Source of the DNA: Owenia fusiformis
Lineage: Eukaryota
Assembly: GCA_903813345.2 (NCBI GenBank)
Contig: CAIIXF020000001.1
Coordinates: 31,310,001 to 31,374,000, forward strand
Reading direction: 5' to 3'
DNA length: 64,000 bases
In this document: positions 1 through 12,909 of the stretch, one piece after another
Layout: the number at the start of each line of letters is the position of its first letter
Position numbering within the stretch: the first letter of the stretch is position 1
The notes under the pieces: model-generated
What the model was told of the DNA's origin: nothing
Database searches by the model: none
Seen by the model: only the letters and a program-made list of their open reading frames with translations
Program-made: the position numbers and the translations under genes

Positions 1-51
1 CCATGGTGGCTGCTGCATGAGGCATCCCTGGGTAGCCCATAGGTAAGGCCG
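1..51 (-). CDS. PTBP1: PTBP RRM2-RRM3 linker exon (partial, continues beyond window start): (A)ALPMGYPGMPHAAATM
   Basis: Acceptor ttgttatag precedes position 51 on the minus strand. Phase 1 fits the preceding exons. The A/P/G/M-rich peptide is typical of the PTB linker. Confidence 0.7.
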
Positions 52-651
52 CTATAACAAAACACAAGGGCAATGTTAGTACACATGCATATACATATAT
101 TCAGTAGTCCCTTCACTTCCTTTCCAGGGCTCATCAGCTGGATTACTGGACCTCACTCACTTGTGTTATATTAATTACTTATTTATTAAAAGCATAATTG
201 ATTCCTTATGAAAATTAATATATTAAAACGTAAAGTTAAGCTGCTTAAATATATGGTTGGACTTGCTGCGTTAAGTAATATAAAAGCGCAGGACAACATA
301 ATTTACTGGTCTAGGGGTAACTTAGTGAACAATTGTTAGTGATCAGCGGCCATTGTGAAGCTAAGCCATACACAGACATGCTATCACCCCTAGCACTACA
401 TCTTTAATGGAGCAGCCCACATTGAGGGACTAAAGTGATTCATTCACTCTGAGCTAGTAATGAGGGGTGATAGGATGAATCACGTGTAGGTGGGATGACT
501 ACACAATAACATGCTGACAGCTATACATGGCGCAGAAACAAAACTTCCTATAAACCAACCACTAAAACAGCCCATAAATCCACTATACCCCCTCTATCTA
601 AGCCCCTGCTCCCATGTATAGCTATCAGTGGTGGTGGTGAGCCATGCGTAC

Positions 652-783
652 CTTGCATACCAGGAAGACCCTGCATTTGAGTGGGGCTGGGGATCATCCC
701 CTGTAAGCCCTGCATGCCTGCCATTCCTGCTGGCATACCTGGGACAAACCCATGAATACCCATTCCCTGGGATGTCGGTGGAG
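652..783 (-). CDS. PTBP1: PTBP linker exon, 132 nt, phase 1-1, Gly/Met/Gln/Pro-rich: (A)PPTSQGMGIHGFVPGMPAGMAGMQGLQGMIPSPTQMQGLPGMQ
   Basis: Acceptor ttttgtag and donor CAAG|gtacgc. Open frame overlaps ORF 548..763 and is in frame with the flanking exons. Confidence 0.7.
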
Positions 784-3104
784 CTACAAAATAAACACAG
801 AACTGCCCTTAACCAACTCTCCTCTAGGACATACATCACTAGGCACTGTATCCATCCCATTATTCAAAGTCTAATCAGTGAATCTGATTGGTTATTAGCA
901 AAACCACATCAAGACTGAACCTGTGAATTATGGGACAGGATCTAGTCTACTACTTCGGTACCCTATTAGTTAAACCCCTGGGTCATCTTTGGGATAAGAC
1001 TTAAGCCTTGATGGGTTTGTGGATGGGACTGAATTCCACATGGTACCAACAGGTGAATAATTAGGACGGATTGCTTGTCCATGTACTACAGGTAGTCATG
1101 TGACAATTAATATGAGATCTTGGCATTTGTACTTATTGTTTGTGGTCTTTTAATAATAACCAGCACCAGCTACCAAGAGTTATGTATTATCATGATATAG
1201 TACCTAGTTACTCAGTAATGCATTTAATACAGAACTATTTCTCTGTCTTAAATTAGTCAGTTGTTGAACAGATCATCAGTAAAACCAACTAAAAGCCAGC
1301 TTCATGCACTGAGATCTAATGGCCTATTATATATTTCAATGCCATATTAAAATTCAGTGGATGTAACCCCAACTATATCATACACATCCCTTTGTGTGCA
1401 GGCAGAAGCAGCATACTCCTCAATGGGAATAATCATTCAACTTTAATGACTCTGAATGAGAGGTAATATTCAAGCATGCACACAAAGGGAAGTATATCTC
1501 TGTGCCACTTTCTAGTTCCAAGCTGTAGGTAGGAGGAGATTAGTTATTACGTGGTTTAATGGCATAAATATTCGATCCTTGTTTATCCTTGGCAGCTGGT
1601 TTAATGGAAATAAAAATTGCTAATGTTGAAAAGCCTTGGGTAGCCTACAAACTTAATAGGTTTCTATGGAAACATGACAACATCACAATAAACTACAGGA
1701 TGGAGCGATGAAATGAAATCATCAATTTCTACTTGATGGTTGGTAATACATAAAGCTCACAGTACAATAAAAGCACATTATACAACTTATTGCGATAAGA
1801 TTAATCTAGAACTTTCAGCAATACTTACATAGATATACTGCCCTCATACAGGCAGGTAAAGAACTATTTGATTACAGTAGTCTGGTAGCATCTTATTACT
1901 ATTGCATGCCTCGTAGAAGCAAGAGTTGACTTGGAACGTAATAGTAACATTATAGTAGCTTTTGATGAAGAGACAAGGGTTCAACCAGGCCATCAAAGTG
2001 AATCAATCATGATTTTACCTCCTTTATATGCTATTCAGTCAAAGTTTTTCCCTTAATACCTAGACACCAAGGTTGATTTATGGCTTTCTGCCTTGCGTCT
2101 CGGCCATTCCCCTCCCAGAGATGTGAAGCCTCCCAAGAAATAGTAATAAGTATGGAAGTTTTGACAGAAATTGATGAACCAAGATTAAGAGAGGTATAAG
2201 CATATTAAAAAGTTTGAATGCAAATTTGATTTGAAACTGTGTTTATTCTGGGTAGCTTTATCAGTACAAAATCTGGTCCATTAAGAGCTTCAGTAGGGTA
2301 AAGGTGGAATAGCAACCCACATTCCTACTCCCAGTTCAAATTCACTGCATTTTTGTTTTTTAACTTGAGGATATATATGCTCAACTGTTTCTTTGTGACA
2401 AAAAATGATGTTTTTATAGATATCTTATGTTTTACATTGTCTTTCGAATGCAGATTGAAATGAAAAGGACCTTCTGATTAGCACAGAGTGTGCTGATACA
2501 TTTGAAGATTAAAAATCATTTAGGAATTCACAAGTGGCTGATTTCTGCATTCCGTTTAAGGCTTCATGATTCTGTGGGAGGGAAATGACGAGGCATAAAG
2601 ATGAAAATCCAAAGAGAAAACAGCCTTGGCATAAGGTAAGTCCTACTGGGGTCACTTAAGCAATGGAGTAAGGGATCACTGAGCACCTGGGGAATATTTC
2701 CTTAATGCTTTGATCAAGTAAGAAAGTAATCAGATTCAACCTTGAAGACCCTTTATACTGATTAGAGATTTACTCATGCCATATTTCTTCTCTGTCACAT
2801 ATTTAGGACATGTTGGATTCAAGATATGTATCACAATAGCTTATAATTAAAAGATGCTCTATTTGAGCATGTTCTAGTTGTTGGGGTCATTTCAACCCAA
2901 CAAATACAAACACAATTCAGTAAAACCTGTGAAGGTGGAACACCTCTGGTACCTCATTTGAAAGTGTTCCACTAACAGAGGTATTCCCATGAGCATCAAA
3001 CATGTAACAGAGTAGTTCTGTGATAATAAGCATAATGTCAGAAATCATTTGTTTTAATACATTCCAAGTCAACTCTAACTTTTAAAGCACACCTTCAATG
3101 TAGA

Positions 3105-3470
3105 CACTGGTGATCCGCTCGATTACGCAGGTTACCGAAATGGTTCGTTTCGGTAACAAAATGTCAGAACGTCGAAGGTACGATTTTTCTTTTTTTATGG
3201 GTTAAAAGTTCAGATCTTAAATGTTTTCGAAATACCATTTATGTAACTTAAGTGAGGAATTAAATCAACGATTCTGTTGTCTTCTTCTTCTGAACTATTT
3301 GTTTGCAAATATGTATATTTTTCTAAACATATGCTACTGATACACATTTGTGATAAAAATGTCGTGGGAATTCTGCTTATCAGGTGTGAAATAAGGAAAA
3401 AGAAAAATCGTACCTTCGATGTTCTGACATTTTGTTTCCGAAACCAGCGTAATCGAGTGGATCACCAGTG
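3105..3470. mobile_element. Non-autonomous DNA transposon (MITE) with CACTGG termini and 5-bp TSD GTAGA (CMC group, Transib-like TSD length)
   Basis: Left end cactggtgatccgctcgattacgc and right end gcgtaatcgagtggatcaccagtg form about 75-90 bp imperfect TIRs. gtaga occurs at 3100-3104 and 3471-3475. Confidence 0.85.
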
Positions 3471-3678
3471 GTAGATATGTACAGCCAATTCAAGCATTAC
3501 ACATTAACTCAGTCTCTCACACAGGCACAGGAACTTGACTCATGGGAAGATACTTTGAAGAGACTGACAATAATGAGTCAAGTTCTTGCTACTTGATGCC
3601 AGACTGATTCTAAGTGAATGGTGAGTGCATATGTGATGTAAGAGCATTATTAGTGAGTAGCTAAAAAGCTGTGTGTAC

Positions 3679-3768
3679 CTGCGGTGAGTGGGCTGATTGC
3701 TGTTAATTGTCCCGTACTGAGCCCAGGCATACTAGTGGCGAATGGGGAGGCCAGAACGCCAGCCGCAC
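3679..3768 (-). CDS. PTBP1: PTBP linker exon, 90 nt, phase 1-1: (G)AAGVLASPFATSMPGLSTGQLTAISPLTA
   Basis: Acceptor tgttaag and donor GCAG|gtacac. The GVLASPFA peptide resembles the vertebrate PTBP1 linker. The exon is GC-richer than the flanking intron. Confidence 0.7.
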
Positions 3769-6118
3769 CTTAACACGCAGAAATAATCAGCATGCGATTA
3801 ATCCAAACACAAATTGAGGCAAAATCAGGTGGTTCTATGGTAGATGTTGGGAGAGACAGAGCGGTAAAGAGGCATGTGCTGTATATGTATATACAGGGCA
3901 TGCTTAGATAAAGCATAAAGGTCAAGACAAGACCACAAATGTAGCACAAAATACAAATCATGTATCATATTGTTAAAACCAAATTTGATTCATGGGTATA
4001 ACAAATAAAATATATTATACTCAATATAATATAAAATATGGCCCAAACCACTGCTAACACACTTTCTATATTAGCATTTCAATATATCGCGCTACATCTA
4101 TGAGGGTTCAGAGACTATGAAGAATGAAGAACAAATGACAAGATAGATGGAGCATGTATAGTTCACAGGCAGACATAGAGGGCACCAACATCTACGTTTA
4201 GACATCACATGGTTCAGTGCTCTAAAACCTCAGCAGAGTGGATGTATCATCTTCAGGTAACTCAAAAAATGAGAAAAATCGGGATAATTGTATTTTCGAG
4301 AGATTCACTCTGCTGAAGATTTAGGTAATCTAAAAACCTCGCCACAAAATAAATAATAAAAAAATAATACAAAACAACCTCTATTATCTAAAAGTTGCGG
4401 TTAGATATATCAAAAGCAACTGGCAACATAACAAATAGTTTATATGATTAGTATCCAACATTAACATGAAAATCAACCTAACACTTCTCCTTTAGTTGCT
4501 ATGGTTACGGACTAAAATGTGACAAGAAAGTTGAGAACCAGATTCAAAAGTAGAGTTTTCAGAACTTAAATGCTTTTAGAGCACTAATAAGATATTATTT
4601 CACAGCCTCTCAACTTTCCATAAGTGAACAAGTGATATGTGGCTACACACGATGTAAGCTAAAACTAATAATACCAAGCCATGTTTCATAATTCTCACAA
4701 CATGATAAACTAACAAAACCTGTTTTATTCAACAAGACTATTTGAAAAAATCTATTAAGTCAACAAACACTGCATGCCATTAGTTTTCCTGGCAGAGTGT
4801 TAAATTGCTTTCCTAGAGACAGAACTAGGCTTGGTGTTATTAACACAATTATATGCATTAAACAACCCTATCCCCTATTAAAAATTAATGATAGGTCTAT
4901 ATAATACAAAAAGGTTTTAATGCAGACTGATTTGGCAAACGACAAAAATGTTTTCATCGATATCTGGATATATTTTTCATGAAATATTCATGTCAGTTGG
5001 TAGTTGTCATGGTAACAAAAGTGGATAGTTGTTGTTATAGCAGAAGCTTTTGTTTTGTAATGACAATTATTCTATAGTTTATATGCATCTTTAGTAGCAT
5101 TGCTCATACTACCCTACTGGTTGAATTGAAGCTTTTGTTTCTCTTGCAAATATTCAACTTTAAAATTAATTATCAGATATTCTAGTAAGTCAAATACATT
5201 GATCAGGCTATCATTGTATTATATGTATGTACTGAATTTGCAATTTGCAACTTTTAAAATGATGAGGAAAAATGAATTAACTTTTTCTGAGATTTTCAGC
5301 ATCCAGATAACTTTATATTCAGTGTGAATAAAGTGCATCAGAATTCAAACAGCAAATAGATTTTGTGAATTAGTGAATAGATTGTGTCAATTAGCCATGT
5401 CTGACTTCACAGTATGTTCCCAGATTATTACTGTTTGGCTTTCTCACATTGCTCAATGAGTCCCTAATAGAACCACACTAGAAATGAAATTGTGATGGAA
5501 TCTAAATATTTGCATATGAATAAAGCAAAGTTGGGTGTTTTGTTTTCAGCTTTTATTAATGGTTTACAACAACTGGAGCCTAGGAATCAAGTAAACCAAC
5601 ATGCATGAGGTGGAGTATAAATCAATCATTTCCTCTTTGCCAAGTATCGAGTCACATTAAAACCTTAGGCTAGAAATGAAATAAAAGCGCTATTAAATAA
5701 TACAATCCACAGGTATGAAAGGCTATTGCTCTGGGAAATAGGGAACCATTAGCATTATGACACACAAGGCGTCAATGTTTCTAGATAATATCTGTCGCAA
5801 TAAGACATCCTGAACATCCTAGTAATCTGTGGCATGATGGCTCCATATAATAAAGCCAACAAAGACATGGAATCAATTAAAGGTTAAGATCTTGTCTCAA
5901 GTTTTTAATTTCCTCCGCAGATATTTTCTGATTAAAAACTACAATTTTCTGCATCAGAAAAACGATGTAATCAGGAAAATAAATATCCAATCATAAAATG
6001 AAAATGATCATGCTATTGGCTTATATTCCCAAAGCAAGCCTAGGATGGGCAGTGAAGGTATGTGCCTGTGAGCACTAGGGCATTCAGGGTAATATAGCAG
6101 GTGCTTCTGGGTACTTAC

Positions 6119-6296
6119 CTCCTCCTATACAAGCTGCTGTCTGTGCATCAAATTGCATTCCCTCTCCTGTGGGAAGGTTTGGATTAGTATAATCCCGACT
6201 TTTGTCATTATTATATTTAACATTGAGGCTTGGCAGCTTTGAGAAGTCTATCTTCAACTGACAGCAACCATTGTATATATTTTGGCCATTCAAAGA
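6119..6296 (-). CDS. PTBP1: PTBP exon, RRM2 C-terminal part: [59 protein letters not shown]
   Basis: Contains the PTB signature [31 protein letters not shown]. Acceptor ttttgcag, donor G|gtaagt, 178 nt, phase 0-1. Confidence 0.97.
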
Positions 6297-8963
6297 CTGC
6301 AAAAATATACACATACGGAACATATAATATTTGTCAAGGCAACTTTTGCTCATACAAGATATAATTTTGCTGCAATATTCATTGCATGAGATGAAATAAG
6401 TTTCATTTTTCTCTGGTAGCTTGCATACCACAGATAATCATACTCTACATAAATCATTTACTTTTAGACCAGTTATTTTCAAAGTAATTTTAACGATAAT
6501 GAAACTCTCCTGATCTAACATGCTATGGGCAGCTTTAAGAACACAGATTTAATCCATGTATGTGTGTTTCAGGCATATTCCAATAATTAATTGCTTTTAC
6601 CTAGTTACAACTTCAGGTATTCTGATATAGCAATGATCACGGGAATTCTTTTATCGAACAAAAACTGATTATTTCATGTTTGCGACAAATTATTTTGAAT
6701 CAATCATAAACTGCAGTTCTTGAGTAATTACACATGAATCAAATAGCAGAAATTAATAAAATTAATGAAATAAAAGTATAATGTATGTAATAAATGCATA
6801 TGAACAGAAAACAGATGAGGTCATTTGAGTTTTTCTCATTGCTTGATGAAAAACTGATATGAGTCAACAGTACATTGTGAAATCAAATGCAAATAAATTG
6901 TTGACTGAATAAAGAAATAAATTTCTTGACACCTTACATCCCAGATGATTATACTGATCTTATGATAAAGCTGGTGCATGCATAAAACGTGACATTAGGC
7001 TTTATTTCTCATATTTACCAACCTTTCTAGATAAATAATGTCAGGTTCCTCTAAGCTATTTAACATACAGTCATAGAGCGACAAGGCACATGTACACATA
7101 TATCATTATGATATAATTTCATGAGGTGTTCAAGAAAATATTGTTCCTATACCAATTAGAGAATATATAGACAGTCTCGTAACATAAAAACATAAATAAA
7201 TTAGTCAATGCATATTGTATGAACCTTAACATCAAAGATTAAACAATACCCAAAACAAATAACTTTCATTAAATTCCATTCCTCCTGATATTATTCCTTT
7301 AACAACATTTACCATCCATGTAACAAAAAGGAACTCCACTTTATTGTGATTTATATTAATAACTTTTTCCAGTTCTGTATAATGTCTACAATAGGAGACT
7401 TTGGTAAACATAGCAAGATAGTGTATACAAGCAGTTGATTAAGGTGTGAATGCACTGGAATAGTTCCTAACGATAATGAAGTGATCTTGAACAGTGTAAG
7501 TGTGTGATAACGCTAAGAGGCTGACCAATGAGTTTCCTTGAGCAACAAATTACCATCCCAGGTACAGTTTAACAAAACAATGCTTTCTGTTCATGGAAAG
7601 GAATTAAACACTTTGGTCATATTTGCATCTTAAATAACTTTTACAGCCATTTTAAGATCAGTTTACCTGTAATTGAGCTTATTTTTAATATTAAGGTAGG
7701 AATAGCAAGTGGAATTGCTTCTTTAATCCAGATCATTCTTTTTTCAACCAGTTTTTCACAAATGAATTCAAGACAGATTCATGGCAAGAGCCTGATTTAT
7801 ATCTGGTATGTTCTAGGCAGTCACTGCCATAATTCATTTAAAAACTGTGGTTAGTGAAAGAAACAACTCCAAAGGGTACATTATTTCTGATATACAACAA
7901 TACAGAGACCTGTTGACAGTTCCCTAATGTACCCATATGACAGGTTATTTAGTAATATTGGATGAAATTTGAACTGTCGTGTCATACAGTAAAAACATTC
8001 AACTGTTACTCCATGAAAGCAATTCCATGAAAAAATAAAAGTTGCCAATTAAAATAAAAAATGATTGTTTTCATTTTAAGCCATCAATTCAACATTTGGC
8101 AAGGCCTGTTTTCTATAAATGATTAGAGTTTCTCTGATGCGTGATATCCCACAGTCTTACTGCACTTTACTGTCCATATTGTTTCCAATATGTAATGAGG
8201 AATCTAATGCCTGAAGCCTGCCGGGAAATCAATCAGCTTACAATGTGATGAAATCCTATTGAGAAATCATTACTTTACTGTAGGGTTATCTAAAACGCCA
8301 TTTATTAGATGAACATATTTATTTCATTTCATCGTCATTGTTTTTTTCCTCAGGTCTGCTTTTATAATATTTATCTATGGAATATGGATGGTGGTTTTTA
8401 TTAGAGAACTATTATGCAGTATTTGTTTATTTTCCTTATTATTGCTGTCATGATTTCACTATAAAATGATACTAATCGAGAAAAGTGGTTTTCATAGTGG
8501 TAAATCAATGATTTCTTAGCATTTATCTTGGACCAATTAGGAACTTAAATTAGCATGACTGAATGTAAACTGATCTCATGGTTATCAGCATCAGATATGA
8601 CGCAATTATTTTCTGTTACACAAAGGACAAGTTGTGATGTTGCAATGTAGGAAAACATGAAATTATGAAAAGATTCTGTGAAGTACAAAACTTACTTAAA
8701 CCATACTTCTTGTCAAATATGCAACCTAGCTATATTTTTTGGTTAAACCAGAACAGTTTAACTTTTGTGGGCCAAGACATTTAATTTATCTAATATTCCT
8801 TCAAAAATCATTGCTTAAAATTACAATAAACATGCAACTCGAGTCCCTACAAGTAATTTGTGTTGTCGTAAATATCATCAAATTCTGAAGCATTACTAAA
8901 AATAGCTAACAAGCACTTCTACATGAGTTGAAAAATCAACTCTCATGATATCTAGTGCAATAA

Positions 8964-9395
8964 CCCAGATGCGAGTAGAAATAATCTTGATTTACGTCAT
9001 TAAAAATTCAAAATTAAAATCAAAAGTAATATCATATTTGAAATCTACATGTAAAATTACATCTAGAAATGTGGTTTTAAAAAGTGTTTATCAACTTTGA
9101 AAATTTAATTTTCTTTGAAAATGTGACTTCTAGCTCGGGGAGATTCCCCATAGACCCCATGCTATAAAATCACAAAAAATGAAATAACTTTTCTTTTAGT
9201 GGACAGATGATATTTTGCTTTACTGGACATATTTTCATTAGTATAAGTATCAGACACATAAGGGTTATATGAAAATTGAGCCACTTAAATTGATAATATT
9301 CAAGTTTAAGGGAACTTTCTTATATACCTGCCATGTTAATTGACCCGAATCAGCCACCTGGTTGTGAAACTGGTAACTACCTACTCGCATTTGGG
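8964..9395. mobile_element. Degenerate MITE with CCC/GGG termini (piggyBac-like)
   Basis: Inverted pair cccagatgcgagtag / ctactcgcatttggg. The flanks (ataa/taat) only approximate TTAA. Confidence 0.5.
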
Positions 9396-10139
9396 TAATT
9401 GTATAAGACAATGTAAATTCATTTTTGAAATTCTGATCCCCTTACAGTACATGTACTTTACCATCTCTGGGGGAAACTTAAAGAGTACAGGGTGTCCCGA
9501 CAGGAAACGGGATATAAAGTATGGAGTACATATCGAATCAGACTTTTGTTCCGGAAAAGTGGCATTCTTTAACTTCTCAGCTTAGTAGTTTAGGAATTAA
9601 GGATGAACTTATTATTATTCATTTTCCTAGAAAATACAGCTAACACTAATGGCCAATCAATTAGGATGATTTTCTATGGCTTGCTTGGATTTCACGTTAC
9701 AATGTCAAGTTGTACTTTTTAACTTTATAAAAGAATGATAAATCAATTGTTTATTGTCAGTTTCTATTTTGATGTTTACCTTTCATTATCATGAACATAC
9801 TTGAACTAGGCGTAGAAACACAATATAACAGAGTAATGCTATCAAATAAAAACCAACGTAGGATACTTAGTATCATATTGTTCACTTTCACAAAATAGAT
9901 TCAACATGACGACGTTTTTTGGTAGTAATGTTGAATGAATATATGAGTTGAGGTTTCAGTCTTTACATATTCAAAAGAAATAAAAACAACATCTATCCTT
10001 CATCAAACTCTTGGGAAAATGACAATTCTGTTTATGAAAATGTTTAATTAGACCAGGTAAGATGAGACTGTAACCCCTAGTTGCGACAACACCTATGAGC
10101 AGGGGAGAACTCTTTTCTACTCTAATCTTCACTGTTATT

Positions 10140-10522
10140 TACCCTGCGTGCAGAGTCTAGTTAAACTACAGTCTGCCTAGTAGAGACCATATTACAGTTT
10201 AGTAGCCCCGCCCCCACGACGGGTACCGGTGACAGTTTGGGTAATAATATAAATCACTTCTGACCTATGCGCTGACCTTTCTTCCACCATTCAGCGAGCC
10301 TGAACAAACATACGCCAAATGCGTTCTAATTAAATATGCGCATGTCATTGGTCAATTCCGGGCTCAACGATGACGTCAGAAGGAATGACCATATATAGAA
10401 CGTCTGTCAAATTTGGCCGACGAACACTGATTGGCGCGTTGAGTTCACAGGTTTATTTTAGTTTGAAAGAGTGAAGACGAAGCTCTCTTTTAAGAAGTGA
10501 AGTCAAAAGAATGCAAAGGGTA
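10140..10522. mobile_element. Non-autonomous DNA element, copy 1, with 9-bp TSD ACTGTTATT
   Basis: Near-identical to 61577..61954. Termini are taccct...agggta, and actgttatt occurs at 10131-10139 and 10523-10531. Confidence 0.88.
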
Positions 10523-10537
10523 ACTGTTATTACTCAC

Positions 10538-10596
10538 CACTTTAGAAGTCTGTGCTGCAATAGCATCTGCCATCTGAATCAAAGCTTGGAATGTAT
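10538..10596 (-). CDS. PTBP1: PTBP RRM2 exon: (N)TFQALIQMADAIAAQTSKV
   Basis: Acceptor tgtttcag, donor GTG|gtgagt, 59 nt, phase 1-0. FQALIQ matches the PTB RRM2 FQALLQ motif. Confidence 0.93.
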
Positions 10597-12857
10597 CTGA
10601 AACACACAGATGATGATCATATTAGAACTACAATAAGGCACGCACATGCAATGGTTGTATCAAACATATCATAAAATTCAGGGTAATAAATACAGGCAGA
10701 AGCAGCATTTAAAACCTCCATGTAGAAGTTGATCACCTAGATACATTCACCTTATGCGAATTGACACGATTTATAGGTGCACGCAGATTGAACATGTTTC
10801 ACAGTATTCATTTCAATGATCTGTCACCATTACTCAGACAGTGACATCTTGTATCAAATAATGCCTCGACTAATGGAAATGAAATGAGAACAATAGATGA
10901 GGCTGGGTACAGTTAACCATCCAGTTTACATGACATCAAACTGGATTTTTTATCCTCCCTAGAACCCTGGATAATTATTCAAAAAGACATTGTCAGCCGA
11001 AAGGGGAATCTGATTAAACAATGCAGTGATGTCAAAACCATGTGATTTCAATCATCATATAGGGCCTAGGGATTAATTTTCAAGGTTTGTAATTTGTAAT
11101 AGGAAACTGAGTAAAGACAGAGTTATATACAAAGGTACGTATGAATGACTAGTGTGAACTATCTAGAAGTGCATTGTCACTTCTGATAATAGGCAACACC
11201 AAAACAGTACTTTCCAATCTAAAAAAGAGCGTTATCCTGTTTTTATTGCATCACATTGTCAGATATACTTTATGTACTGCATAACAAAAAGAACCCTCCC
11301 AGATGTATCCAAATCAAGTAATAATGCACAAGTCATGAGTTTGTACCTACATTAACATAAATGTCATTGATGAAAAATACAATGTTTTCAGAGGTTGAAT
11401 CACAGGGGAATGATTTTGACAGATTAACATATACCACCACTCTTAGCTAAGATTAATAAAGATGATAATAATGCAACTAATAGCCACCAGGTAATGGTTC
11501 AAACACAATGGGGCATTGTTTCTCTTATAGAGAATAATAATTCAGGATGAAACTACATGGGGAATTGAGAACCATTGAACACTAAAACCTTCTCGAATAA
11601 TTTGACACATTTCATATTGGACGAGATGAAACCTTTTAGCAAGCAGTCCCCTAAGTGCTGTAATGCTACATATGAAGGATCAAATCATGATTTACTGGGT
11701 GCATTATGTCTATTATGAACATTGCACTACTTAACATACAATTAATTCTGGCCAAGCCTAGGATAATAACAACAATACATATGAAAGTACAAACATTGTA
11801 CATACGGAAGTAACATTCATTATACAATCAAATAAATGTCTCAAGGCAGGAAATCAACACCTTGGCTGAATAATTCCAATTTTTATTACGTATGGTTTTC
11901 CAAGCTATAATGTATTTCTAGAAGAACAAATGACATTAATGTCAAATGGACAGAACATCTAATAATGGCTGTGTGGCCAAGTGGAATCATATGCTCGGTT
12001 GAACTGACATAATTGGGAACTGATTTGATCGTCTTTTATGCAGTATCTTAATATTTTACATGCTATTCTACACACAGTAGACAAGACAATTTGTTAATAT
12101 CAAATGAAAACTACATGCAAGTCCCAACAAATAAGATAAATCATGATTACATTATATGAAGAAGCAATTAACAATTAGATTCTCAATATCCACATACTAA
12201 CCATTAACAGCAATTAGTAGATAATGGAAGAATCAGTTATTCAATTGATCAACTAGAGCTAGTGCTAATGGCTTTATATAACATCAATCTATTGATTACG
12301 CTATGTGTTATATTAACCCCGGGAGTGTTAGCGCCACATTGATGTTCAAACTCTGATTAATAGAAACAAATAAAACACACAATGTACAAAGACTTGGGAT
12401 TGCCTCTACCTGTTCTTAAATTAACGTGCTGTTGAGTTATTCAAGGCAATTTGCATGTCCAGTGTGAAATGTTTACTAAGTGGGGATGACGATGGCGTGA
12501 TTGCAATAAGAACCTAGTGATAAATTATTATAAATATTGTAACAATACAGAGGCAATCTTGCTAATGGGCCTATTTAAAAACACCATTGTGGCCTGCCAT
12601 ATATTTGTTGACGAAATATCACCTAACATTTTCCACATCCAGGACTTAATGGATTAAATGTCCTTTAGTCATTCACAATTTGCTTGCGCAATACAATTAT
12701 CTACATTTAGTAATAACAGAAATTATTCTCAGAATCCAATATGTTATTCCATAGATAATAATCTAAATGATTATCTTAAAGGTTATGCATTTACAAGATT
12801 ATTCTTAAGGTTATGAAAACTAAAAAAAAATAATAAAACTAAATAACATGTACTTAC

Positions 12858-12909
12858 TATTTTTTGTAAATGTAATTATTTTCTGACATTGTCCATAGCG
12901 AGAAAATAT
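12858..12909 (-). CDS. PTBP1: PTBP RRM2 exon: IFSRYGQCQKIITFTKN(N)
   Basis: Acceptor ttttttcag, donor A|gtaagt, 52 nt, phase 0-1. Matches PTB IFSKFGTVLKIITFTKNN. Confidence 0.95.

Noticed and set aside
594..918. ORFs 594..860 and 628..918
   Set aside because: They are shadow frames of the GC-richer PTBP linker exon.
962..1028. Possible stop-containing exon in the PTBP linker intron
   Set aside because: Weak acceptor and donor and no supporting pattern.
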